Part shown: positions 22,201 through 31,621 of the stretch, piece by piece | How positions within the stretch are numbered: position 1 is the stretch's first letter | How the letters are laid out: each line of letters starts with the position of its first letter | Position numbers and translations under genes: made by a program | NCBI GenBank assembly: GCA_964613385.1 | Contig: CAZTGZ010000002.1 | Span: 83,419 to 147,418 of the forward strand | Origin: an uncultured Chitinophagaceae bacterium | GTDB lineage: Bacteria; Bacteroidota; Bacteroidia; NS11-12g; UBA9320 | Direction of reading: 5' to 3' | DNA: 64,000 nucleotides | The notes under the pieces: generated by a model | Database searches by the model: none | The model's input: only the letters and a program-made list of their open reading frames with translations | Told to the model about the DNA's origin: nothing

Positions 22201-23290
22201 AAAGCAAATCACAACTTCTTCCGTGGAGTTTGTTAAACCATTGATGTTGTGTTCAAAGAACGGTTCTTCTGATTTTGAAAGCAAATCACAACAGTTTGTT
22301 ATTAGTTTGATTTTACTTCACTGTTGTGTTCAAAGAACGGTTCTTCTGATTTTGAAAGCAAATCACAACTGTCCGGCAATGCTAACAAATATCTACGCGG
22401 TTGTGTTCAAAGAACGGTTCTTCTGATTTTGAAAGCAAATCACAACTAGATGTTCATACATTTGGTCTTGTGTCATGTTGTGTTCAAAGAACGGTTCTTC
22501 TGATTTTGAAAGCAAATCACAACCAGATCCATACGGTGGAGAAGTGAAAAAGGTTGTGTTCAAAGAACGGTTCTTCTGATTTTGAAAGCAAATCACAACT
22601 ATAAACGTAAGCACCCCAATTTCCGTAAGGTTGTGTTCAAAGAACGGTTCTTCTGATTTTGAAAGCAAATCACAACCAAACCACAACGAAACATTAATTC
22701 AGAGAAGTTGTGTTCAAAGAACGGTTCTTCTGATTTTGAAAGCAAATCACAACGCGTCAATTCTAACTTATCAACCGCATACGTTGTGTTCAAAGAACGG
22801 TTCTTCTGATTTTGAAAGCAAATCACAACCGGTTGCGCCCGATACCGCCTCGCCAATTGGTTGTGTTCAAAGAACGGTTCTTCTGATTTTGAAAGCAAAT
22901 CACAACTATTCCTGACGTTCGTCATGGGCGTGACAAGTTGTGTTCAAAGAACGGTTCTTCTGATTTTGAAAGCAAATCACAACTACGCCTGTCAGCTCTC
23001 TTTTGTCTGCGAGGTTGTGTTCAAAGAACGGTTCTTCTGATTTTGAAAGCAAATCACAACTCCATCTCGAAAAGGTAATTCCGTCCAATGTTGTGTTCAA
23101 AGAACGGTTCTTCTGATTTTGAAAGCAAATCACAACTGCCCAGCCCCAGAGAGTTGTGTCAATACTGTTGTGTTCAAAGAACGGTTCTTCTGATTTTGAA
23201 AGCAAATCACAACAAAAATAGAAGTCGTATTCGTTCATGTACTGTTGTGTTCAAAGAACGGTTCTTCTGATTTTGAAAGCAAATCACGAA
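19246..23290. CRISPR. CRISPR array of about 53 repeats and 52 spacers; 47-bp repeat GTTGTGTTCAAAGAACGGTTCTTCTGATTTTGAAAGCAAATCACAAC, spacers 29-30 bp
   Basis: Regular 76-77 bp periodicity from 19246 to 23290. The terminal, cas-distal repeat (23244-23290) is degenerate at its last 6 bases (…CACGAA instead of …CACAAC). The repeat has GTTGTG/CACAAC termini typical of Bacteroidetes II-C arrays. Confidence 0.95.
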
Positions 23291-23456
23291 AGATTTATTC
23301 TATTGTGTAGCTAAAAATTGTTGTACTCAAAGACAAATATTGACAAACTGTTTCATGGGTTGGAATAGTCGTTTTTCCAGACATTAGTGTCTAGCTTGTA
23401 CCCGTGATGCCTACAGATGTCTAAATTGCATTCATGCATCGAAACTGCCTCAACAA

Positions 23457-24947
23457 TCAAAGCAAATGAATGGTTTTTGATACTATTTTCCGTTCACTTC
23501 CAGATGTATTTATTTCAAATATTACCATGTAAACTCCTTTGATGGAAGTATTTCTATAGTATCCATTCCATCCATTTTCTAAATCTGTGGTTTCAAATAG
23601 TTTTTCACCCCATCGATTATAAACTTTTAAGGTTCCGGTAACGTGGCTACAATTTGTAATCAATGAATAGGTATCATTCATTTGATCATGGTTTGGAGTG
23701 AATGCATTGGGAAAATGGATTTTACACTCACAGTGCTCATTTCTTATTTCTACGGTATCACTGGCACTTCCGCAGAAATTACTTATGGTCAATCCCAAAA
23801 AACCATATCGAAAACTGTTTTGTGCCAAAATTGAGCCATCACTCCACAAGTATTGCAAGATATCTGGTTTGTATGCGTTTATTTCTATTTCTGATGAATC
23901 ACAATTTTCAATGGGATCTCCCAATTCCAAACCTGGCTTTTGATACGCTTTAATTAAAATGGAATCTCTGGATATCCCACATGCATTGCTTACTTCGATC
24001 CAATAGATTCCTTCAGTTCTTGTTATTATGTACAAGCCTGAATCACCGGTGTTCCAATTACTTTTTACAATGTGATGGTGAGAGGTTGTTGCGTCAATTC
24101 TGATGTATTGATGATCGCAAATAAATGTGTCCTTTGGTAATACCACATTCGGACTTTCTAAAAACTGAATGTAAATTGAATCCATGTAAAGGCAATTTTT
24201 CTGGAACCCGGTTACAAAATAAATACCGGTGGTATCTACACGAAATTGATTTGTTTGAGATCCATCAGACCATGAAATGATAGAATCCAAACCCAAAGGT
24301 TTCAGATCAAATCCCAAGGATTGATCACACAAGATGGTGTCAGCAGGAAGTATGTGTTTCGAATCGTTGGCAAAATCATTTACTTCTATAACCACATCAT
24401 CAATGGCCATCCACATTTGAGGTCCCTTGGGAATAAATACAAGATACTTGATATTTTTACGGGCTTTAAAACAACCTTCTATTGTATGCCATATGGTATC
24501 ACCCTTGATTTGCGTTGACTCCCATTCCAAATTGCCTGAGTGTAAATGTACATTGTTTGCGGCACTATTCGTTACGCCTGGCACTTCATCCAACCCAAAT
24601 ATTTGAAGCGTGTTTTGAAAATCCCAAATGCTGCAAACCTTTAATCTAATTCTATAAGTAACAGATTCTGATAAACTTAAACTTTGACCTATGGATTCGG
24701 AACTGCCAATCATTGCATAATAATTTCCAGAAACGGGTCTCGGCCAGTGTGGGAAAATAGAAGGGTCTGCCCCAATATAATCGGGAGAAGGTGTAAATGC
24801 ATCCCAATTATAAACTTTATTAAAATCCAATTCTCTACTGGCAATATTGCCCGTATTCATTTCAAAACTTTCATTCGAAAGAAGGTTTTGACCTAACATG
24901 CCTTGAATAGAGCCAAAGAAAAAAAGTAAAAAAACACCTCCTTTCAT
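23457..24947 (-). CDS. Secreted protein with T9SS type B (gliding-motility-associated) C-terminal sorting domain
   Basis: Signal peptide. The C-terminus (CKIHFPNAFTPNHDQMNDTYSL...GTLKVYNRWGEKLFET...WNGYY...GVYMV) matches the CHU_C/T9SS type B CTD pattern. Confidence 0.6.
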   Translation of the reverse strand: MKGGVFLLFFFGSIQGMLGQNLLSNESFEMNTGNIASRELDFNKVYNWDAFTPSPDYIGADPSIFPHWPRPVSGNYYAMIGSSESIGQSLSLSESVTYRIRLKVCSIWDFQNTLQIFGLDEVPGVTNSAANNVHLHSGNLEWESTQIKGDTIWHTIEGCFKARKNIKYLVFIPKGPQMWMAIDDVVIEVNDFANDSKHILPADTILCDQSLGFDLKPLGLDSIISWSDGSQTNQFRVDTTGIYFVTGFQKNCLYMDSIYIQFLESPNVVLPKDTFICDHQYIRIDATTSHHHIVKSNWNTGDSGLYIITRTEGIYWIEVSNACGISRDSILIKAYQKPGLELGDPIENCDSSEIEINAYKPDILQYLWSDGSILAQNSFRYGFLGLTISNFCGSASDTVEIRNEHCECKIHFPNAFTPNHDQMNDTYSLITNCSHVTGTLKVYNRWGEKLFETTDLENGWNGYYRNTSIKGVYMVIFEINTSGSERKIVSKTIHLL

Positions 24948-25404
24948 ATTGCAAGATAGTTAAAATCTCAGCAACACACTACTTGCGATTTGCTGCAACA
25001 CAATTTCGCATACTTTCATCTTTAACTGAACAATTTGCGAATTCTTTGATTGTTCAAAAGTGAGGTTAGCACCATTCTTCCATGGATAAAATGCTATCCT
25101 AATGTTTGAACCAAGGAGTTACATAGAAGAAAGCACTTTTGAAACTTTTCGGGATGGTCTTTTTTTTTTTGGACTCACGGAAAATCCTTCAAAAAAAAAG
25201 GCGGAAGATATCCTTCAAGACCATCCTGGAGATAAAATTCGAGCAGATATCAAAAAAGTCAATGCTACTTATATAGAAACTTTCAAAGTTTTAAAAAAGA
25301 AGGTTTTGGTACATGAGCTCGAATAATCATAAAACCAAAAGGGGGGTAATAATACCGGACAAAACTGTAGAAGTCTCAAGTTTTGAAGGGATACGGAAAT
25401 CGAC

Positions 25405-26031
25405 CTAATTTTTATTATCTAAAGTTTGCTTTAATGTGCAATTCTTCTCTAACCTCAGCCCTTCCTCTCTCCAATTCACCGGATTATTCAAAATATAGGC
25501 TGAGATTCTATCATAAGATTTTTCATTTCGAATAATATGATCATGAAATCTGCTTTGCCATTGGATTTCAAACCCCATTCGATGGGCATGTTTTGTAACT
25601 GCCGATTTGTATGACCGGATAATACTGGAAACCGAATTGGCTTTGGGGGATATTTCAGACATTTTTTGATTTTTCTGTTGCAGTGGGCTCGTTGCATGCA
25701 ACGAGCCCACTGCTTCAAATTCCCTTATTGTCAAAATCCCATGCACATGATTCGGCATAACCACAAAGGCTCCCAATTCGACATTCTTTTGATGATATGG
25801 AATCTGATGCCATAAAAGTTCAGCTATAACTGCGACCGGAGAATAGTGCAATTTAGAATTTTCAATTTCCCCGAAATAATGCACCCTATGTTGAGTACAA
25901 ATCGTAATAAAATAAGAGCCGGGCCATCGGTAATCCCAGGATTTCAGCCTTAATGGAATGTGGTGAAACTTACTTTTAGAAGGGGTCATAGATTCGAAAA
26001 TCCATCTAATATCCCATTTCAAAAAAGTCAA
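25405..26031 (-). CDS. IS200/IS605-family Y1 (HUH) transposase-like protein, solo tnpA, possibly a REP-associated tyrosine transposase (RAYT)
   Basis: HUH motif (MPNHVHGIL) and a downstream Tyr-containing helix (IRSYKSAVTKHAH...QWQSRFHDHII). No adjacent tnpB. A shorter start at MTPSK (25989) is possible. Confidence 0.55.
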   Translation of the reverse strand: MTFLKWDIRWIFESMTPSKSKFHHIPLRLKSWDYRWPGSYFITICTQHRVHYFGEIENSKLHYSPVAVIAELLWHQIPYHQKNVELGAFVVMPNHVHGILTIREFEAVGSLHATSPLQQKNQKMSEISPKANSVSSIIRSYKSAVTKHAHRMGFEIQWQSRFHDHIIRNEKSYDRISAYILNNPVNWREEGLRLEKNCTLKQTLDNKN

Positions 26032-26074
26032 TCTGATGAATTCTGTCTAAAATCCTGATGAACGAAAATCCAAT

Positions 26075-27496
26075 CTACCCCAACTCATATTCCTGCTTAA
26101 AAACAGGCAGCTCAATTTTACCAAATCCGTGCTGTTTCATCGCATCTCTGAACATTTCTCTCCGATCGTTTTCGCCATGAACGAGAAAAACTCTTTTCAA
26201 TCGATTCTTATCGAGTCCCGACAAATATTCCAGCATTTCCTTTTCATCTCCGTGCGCACTGAAACTGTCCAGAATTTCGATACTGGCGCGAACCGGTATC
26301 TCTCTCCCATGAATATGTACCCGATCCGCTCCGTTGCGCAAATGTGAACCTAAAGTGCCCTCCGCGCAATAACCCACCACCAATACCGTTGTGTCCGGAT
26401 CTGCCAGATTGTTCGCCAAATGATGTTTTACCCGGCCGGCATTCATCATACCACTCGCACTGATTATAACGCAAGGTTCCCGATATTCATTGATGGCCTT
26501 AGAGGCCTCTACACTTCGCACATAACTCAATCCATTAAATCCAAACGGGTTGGGGTCTGTAGCCATATATTCGGTAAGCTCCTCATCGAAACACTCGGGA
26601 TGCATGAGAAAAATGTCCGTAGCATTCACGGCAAGAGGACTATCCACAAATACCTTCACCCTGGGCAATTGACCCTGATTCGCCAGTTGGTCGAACATGT
26701 ACACAATTTCCTGTGTCCGGCCCACACTAAAGGCCGGGATAATCAATCGACCCCGCTTCTCGACACATGTTTCCCGGACTATACGCAGCAATTCGTTCAG
26801 ATCACTGCTTTCCTTCTCATGTTGCTGACCGCCATATGTGCTTTCACAAATCAGAAAATCCAAATCCGGCATGGGATGCGGATCTCTTAAAATAGGTCGG
26901 TGCGGACGTCCAATATCACCGCTGAACCCGAACATCACCTCCCTCCCGTCTGCCTGCTTAATCTTTAACGTAACCGATGCAGAACCCAGAATATGTCCAC
27001 TATCCCGAAACAAAACCGAAACTCCCCTGACCATCTCATACCAGCGATTGTAACCGACCGTAATAAACTGATCTATGCTGCGTATAGCATCTTTTAAGGT
27101 ATATAAAGGTTCAACCTTTTCCTTTTTGCCTCCGTGCCCGGGAGAATGTGCCATGCGTTGTGCGCGATACTGTGCATCCCGCTCCTGTATCATGGCGCTG
27201 TCCTGTAACATAATGGCAGCCAAATCGCGGGTGGCCGAAGTGCTGTAAATCTCTCCTTTAAAACCATCCTTCACCAATTTTGGAATCCTACCGCTGTGAT
27301 CGATATGCGCATGTGACAAAACCATCAGGTCAATTTCAGCCGGATCAAATGCCCATTGCTCATTGAAATGCTCATAACCTTCTTCATGTCCCTGATACAG
27401 ACCGCAATCCAACAATATTTTCAATCCGGTATCTGTAGTGAGTAAATGACTACTTCCGGTCACCGTTCCGGCTGCTCCACAAAATTTTACTTTCAT
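26075..27496 (-). CDS. MBL-fold metallo-hydrolase with beta-CASP/RNA-metabolising domain
   Basis: Metallo-beta-lactamase motifs (LLDCG, HAHIDHSG) and a C-terminal beta-CASP-like region. 473 aa. Confidence 0.6.
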   Translation of the reverse strand: MKVKFCGAAGTVTGSSHLLTTDTGLKILLDCGLYQGHEEGYEHFNEQWAFDPAEIDLMVLSHAHIDHSGRIPKLVKDGFKGEIYSTSATRDLAAIMLQDSAMIQERDAQYRAQRMAHSPGHGGKKEKVEPLYTLKDAIRSIDQFITVGYNRWYEMVRGVSVLFRDSGHILGSASVTLKIKQADGREVMFGFSGDIGRPHRPILRDPHPMPDLDFLICESTYGGQQHEKESSDLNELLRIVRETCVEKRGRLIIPAFSVGRTQEIVYMFDQLANQGQLPRVKVFVDSPLAVNATDIFLMHPECFDEELTEYMATDPNPFGFNGLSYVRSVEASKAINEYREPCVIISASGMMNAGRVKHHLANNLADPDTTVLVVGYCAEGTLGSHLRNGADRVHIHGREIPVRASIEILDSFSAHGDEKEMLEYLSGLDKNRLKRVFLVHGENDRREMFRDAMKQHGFGKIELPVFKQEYELG

Positions 27497-27601
27497 AATT
27501 TAACAGACCGCAAGTTATATAATACCGAAATGAATACAGAACAAATTGAAATGATTACCATAGAATTTTGTTAAAGTTGCTGCGCTTAACCGATCAATCA
27601 A

Positions 27602-28492
27602 ATGACATCATTCCTACATGACCCAAAAATGGCCGTTTATCATGGCTCCGAGTTTGCGTTAAAGAACTTCCAAACGGACTATACCGGCACAATTCGAGAT
27701 AAAGACGAAGGTGAAGATTTTCTGAAAGAACAAAAGAAGCTGCTATTCGAGCTTCAGAGAATGTTGTTTGCAACAGATAATCATGCCCTGCTGATTATAT
27801 TTCAGGCAATGGATGCAGCCGGAAAAGACAGCACCATCAGCCATGTATTTTCCGGAATGTTTCCCCAGGCAGGAACCGTTCATAGCTTTAAAGTTCCCAG
27901 CGCCCTGGAAATAGACCACGACTATCTATGGCGAACGAATGCTTGTTTGCCGGAAAGAGGGCGTTTAAGTATTTTCAATCGCTCGTATTATGAAGAAGTT
28001 CTCGTGACTAAAGTTCATCCACAAATCATACTGAATCAGCGTATTCCGGGATTAAATTCTGTCGAGCAACTGGATACCCAATTCTGGAAACAGCGCTATG
28101 AGAGTATTCGGAATCACGAAAGCCATCTGGCCAGGAACGGAACGGTAATTCTTAAATTCTTCCTGAATGTGTCGAAAGAAGAACAAAAAAAACGCTTCCT
28201 GAAACGGATAGAAGAATCTGAAAAAAATTGGAAATTCAGCATGGGTGATCTCAAAGAAAGGGCGCGCTGGTCTGACTATCAGGATGCATATGAAGCCGCC
28301 ATACAGGAAACATCTGCACCTCATGCCCCGTGGTTTGTAATACCTGCCGATCATAAATGGTTCATGAGAGCAGCAGTTTGCAGGATTATAACCGAACAAC
28401 TCCAATCGCTGAACCTCAGCTACCCGGAGCTGGGTGAAGTCGAAAGAGCAGAACTCGACGAAGCCAAAAAAATTCTGGAATCAGAGTCCTGA
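27602..28492 (+). CDS. Polyphosphate kinase 2 (PPK2) family protein
   Basis: PPK2 Walker A-like QAMDAAGKDS and lid region. 296 aa. Confidence 0.75.
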   Translation: MTSFLHDPKMAVYHGSEFALKNFQTDYTGTIRDKDEGEDFLKEQKKLLFELQRMLFATDNHALLIIFQAMDAAGKDSTISHVFSGMFPQAGTVHSFKVPSALEIDHDYLWRTNACLPERGRLSIFNRSYYEEVLVTKVHPQIILNQRIPGLNSVEQLDTQFWKQRYESIRNHESHLARNGTVILKFFLNVSKEEQKKRFLKRIEESEKNWKFSMGDLKERARWSDYQDAYEAAIQETSAPHAPWFVIPADHKWFMRAAVCRIITEQLQSLNLSYPELGEVERAELDEAKKILESES

Positions 28493-28541
28493 ATTGCCAT
28501 TTATTCCCTTATTTTGACAATTATTTCTTTAAACCTAAATC

Positions 28542-31500
28542 ATGAAAAAAATTTTAGCCCTTATATTGAGTTTGGTTACCACCCAAATATTTGCTCAATG
28601 CATCAGCACTTTCCCATACACGGAGAACTTCGAAAAATTCAGAAAAACATCTACCACAGCAAGTTGTGATGCCACACAGGCCGGTGACACGGCGAACCGC
28701 TGGGTGCAAGACCCCAACGACAATGGAGAATGGCGCGCGGATACTTCCGGAACTCCATCCATCGGAACAGGGCCCGGAGCAACCGATACCACCTCAGGTA
28801 ATGGAAGTGGTAAAGACTATAACCCGGGAACTTTGAATGGCATATATATGTACACAGAAGGCACCAGCACCACAAGCTGCGCCAATGCTGTCGTGAATTT
28901 ATTGAGTCCGTGCTTTGATTTCTCTGCTACGGGAAAATTTTATAAACTCACCTTCGCCTATCATATGTTTGGCGCAGGAATGGGAACCCTTTTTGTTGAT
29001 ATTTACGACAATGGCGTGTGGACCAATGTTTGGGGTCTGGCCGGAAATCGCGGTGAAAACTGGCAAGTGGCCAATGTTGAACTCGGAAAATATAAAGGCA
29101 GCAATATTCAACTCAGATTCCGTTCGGTCATGGGTGCAAACTTCCTCACCGACATGGCCATCGATGATATAAAAATATCAGAGTATTACCCCAGCGACTA
29201 TGACGCGGAACTCATTGGTTCTCAGCGCTATGTTAACGAATACACCTACTTTACCTCTCGCCAGAGCCAGACTTATGAATTAAATTCAACCGTTAGAAAC
29301 AATGGATACAAAGAAATTACCGGTGTAAAAGTAATCGCTACTTGCGGCAGCTATCAGGATACACTTGTATTGGATACCATAGCCCCATTCTCATTCAAAA
29401 TGGCAAGATTTCCCAAAAAATTAAACCCTGTAGATACTGCCACCCAACGTGTCATTCATTTTGAGACTTATCTCAACCAAAACGACACGATCAAAAACCA
29501 AAGCAATGACATTGGCTCCGGGTTAACGGATTCGACCTTTGCCAGAGACCCCGGCGTGAATACCGGCGGAATCGGATTCAACGGAGGCGTAGGTGAAATC
29601 GGACAGATGTTCTATCTGAAAAATAAAGACACCCTTTCGTCAGTAACTTTTTACCTGGCCAGTCCAACTGCCGGCGACAGTGTGCGCGTGCACCTTTACA
29701 CATTTGGTACCGCACCGGGATCCCTGATTTCCTCAACGCCTTCTGTGGCACTGCGTGCCGGTGGAAATGCCTATAATCTCCGATTCCCTTGCGAACAATT
29801 TCTGGATACCGGAAAATACTTCATCAGTGTAGAACAAAGAAATACCAATAATATGAGTTTGGGATATACCACCAACTTCTACACACCACAAACGGTATTC
29901 TTTGGCAATGCGGCCGGATGGACTGAATCCGGAGCATCCAACTTTTTTATTGCCTTATTGCTGCGTATGGAGTTTGGAAAGATCATCCTTCCTGAAGTGA
30001 AATTCAACGTTACCAAAGACAGTATCTGTCAGGGAGAAAGCCTGTTGATTCGCGCCAGCGGTGCAAGCAGTTACGCCTGGCTTCCATCCAATAGCGTTCC
30101 GAACCCAAATTCTTTCCAAAATCTGGTGAGTCCAAATGCTACATATACTTACCAGGTCAGAGGAACCAATAGTTGCGGTTTAAGTAAAACCAATACATTT
30201 ACCCTAAAAGTTAAAGAAAGTCCTTCTTATACCGTGACTCCCGATACCACGATCTGTGCAAATAAGCCTATCGTTCTATCGGCAAAAGGAGGCAACTCAT
30301 ATCAGTGGATTGGTGGTCCTGCCAATACTTCCTGGTCTGTAAATCCACCAACCGGTACTACATATAGCGTAAAAATAGACTCGAGCAACGGATGTTCCAG
30401 AACCGTTAATGTAAAAGTGGATGTGGATCATGCCGTGGTGCAGGTTAACAATGATACCACCATTTGCGAAAGTTCAGCACTTACGTTAAAAGCCAGTGGA
30501 TTGGCTAGTTATAAATGGCTGAGCGGTCCTGCAACACCGGATTATACGGTGTATCCAACGTTTAGCAGATCATATATTATCACCGGTAAAAATGCCCGTG
30601 GCTGCGACGCCATGGACAGCGTTCGGGTTACGGTTATTCCCGGCCCTACCATCAGCCTAACGAATGATACAGCCGTTTGTTTCGGAAACCGCATCACTTT
30701 GGTTGCCGGCGGCGGAGTGGCCTATCAATGGCACGGTGGACCAACCACTACTGAATGGAATTTCCTGCCATTTTCGGATGGATATCGATTTGTGACCGTA
30801 ACTGCACCGAACAACTGCTCCAAAACAGACAGTGTTTGGGTTAAAGTAGCCGCCTTCCCATTACTCAACGCAGGAAACGACACCACAATTTGCGAAGGTG
30901 GGCAAGTGCTCCTGAATGCGCGCTCCAATGAAAATGTGTCGTTCAGCTGGCAACACGGACCGAACACCGCCAGCAGCAATGAAAAACCCAAGTCATCCAT
31001 AACCTACAAGGTCAAAGCCACCAATACGAGCGGATGTTTTACCGAAGATAGTTTGAGAGCCACCGTGAATCCATTACCAAAGGCTTCATTCACCTGGGTT
31101 CAAAACGGAAAACAAATCACCTTGAGCAACAAATCTCAGCATCATGATAATCTGATCTGGAAACTGGGAGATGGCAACTCTGCCTCGGCAGAAGGATTTG
31201 TTCATACCTACAGTGCAGATGGGAATTATACCATCACCCTCATCGCCAGCAACGATTGCGGAAATGATACCATGAAGCTTGACATTGTGGTGAATACAGC
31301 CTCTGCTCCATCCGCTGAAGAAGCAGGTTTCCTTTTCTATCCTCAGCCTGTACAACACGTATTGCATATACAAAAGCCCGATTTTGTTCGGTCTGAGCAC
31401 AAGATGTTCCTGTATGATGTAAGAGGTATGGCTGTAATGGAATGGAATTCCGGTACAGATAATCCAACCGTCGTAAACCTGAATTCGCTTGCATCCGGTG

Positions 31501-31562
31501 TGTATTTCCTCCATATCCATACCGATAGAGGAAGCTTTGTTCAAAAGGTGATTCGAGAATAG
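28542..31562 (+). CDS. Large secreted MAM/PKD-like repeat protein with T9SS type A C-terminal sorting domain
   Basis: Signal peptide. Repeated Ig/PKD-like blocks (DTTICE...). The C-terminal Por_Secre_tail pattern (FLFYPQPVQHVLHI...VYFLHIHTDRGSFVQKVI). Confidence 0.6.
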   Translation: MKKILALILSLVTTQIFAQCISTFPYTENFEKFRKTSTTASCDATQAGDTANRWVQDPNDNGEWRADTSGTPSIGTGPGATDTTSGNGSGKDYNPGTLNGIYMYTEGTSTTSCANAVVNLLSPCFDFSATGKFYKLTFAYHMFGAGMGTLFVDIYDNGVWTNVWGLAGNRGENWQVANVELGKYKGSNIQLRFRSVMGANFLTDMAIDDIKISEYYPSDYDAELIGSQRYVNEYTYFTSRQSQTYELNSTVRNNGYKEITGVKVIATCGSYQDTLVLDTIAPFSFKMARFPKKLNPVDTATQRVIHFETYLNQNDTIKNQSNDIGSGLTDSTFARDPGVNTGGIGFNGGVGEIGQMFYLKNKDTLSSVTFYLASPTAGDSVRVHLYTFGTAPGSLISSTPSVALRAGGNAYNLRFPCEQFLDTGKYFISVEQRNTNNMSLGYTTNFYTPQTVFFGNAAGWTESGASNFFIALLLRMEFGKIILPEVKFNVTKDSICQGESLLIRASGASSYAWLPSNSVPNPNSFQNLVSPNATYTYQVRGTNSCGLSKTNTFTLKVKESPSYTVTPDTTICANKPIVLSAKGGNSYQWIGGPANTSWSVNPPTGTTYSVKIDSSNGCSRTVNVKVDVDHAVVQVNNDTTICESSALTLKASGLASYKWLSGPATPDYTVYPTFSRSYIITGKNARGCDAMDSVRVTVIPGPTISLTNDTAVCFGNRITLVAGGGVAYQWHGGPTTTEWNFLPFSDGYRFVTVTAPNNCSKTDSVWVKVAAFPLLNAGNDTTICEGGQVLLNARSNENVSFSWQHGPNTASSNEKPKSSITYKVKATNTSGCFTEDSLRATVNPLPKASFTWVQNGKQITLSNKSQHHDNLIWKLGDGNSASAEGFVHTYSADGNYTITLIASNDCGNDTMKLDIVVNTASAPSAEEAGFLFYPQPVQHVLHIQKPDFVRSEHKMFLYDVRGMAVMEWNSGTDNPTVVNLNSLASGVYFLHIHTDRGSFVQKVIRE

Positions 31563-31621
31563 ACTTCTTATTTGTGCATGTTAAAAGGTCATAATATCTT
31601 TGCAGGCTATTACCTGCGGCC

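Noticed and set aside
19472-23270. Numerous 60-150 aa ORFs on both strands inside the CRISPR array (repeating peptides such as CSKNGSSDFESKSQ and VVICFQNQKNRSLNTT)
   Set aside because: They are translations of the 47-bp repeat in different frames, periodic with the array, and have no independent coding signal.
23320-23352. A repeat-like sequence downstream of the array (TTGTTGTACTCAAAGACAAAT) that could pair as a minus-strand anti-repeat with a plus-strand crRNA
   Set aside because: No nexus or terminator follows it; the transcript would run straight into the terminal repeat. The upstream locus at 14346-14440 has the full tracrRNA architecture, so this is more likely a decayed trailer repeat.
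24975-25065. Short matches to the CRISPR repeat/anti-repeat (GATTTGCT, TTGTTCAAAAG) upstream of the T9SS gene, considered as a possible second anti-repeat or degenerate array
   Set aside because: Only 8-10 nt of similarity with no periodicity. An 8-mer is expected by chance about twice in 64 kb on two strands.
25102-25326. 74-aa ORF between the T9SS gene and the Y1 transposase gene
   Set aside because: No recognisable motif, and low-complexity Lys/Glu-rich composition in an AT-rich intergenic region. Cannot be supported from sequence alone.
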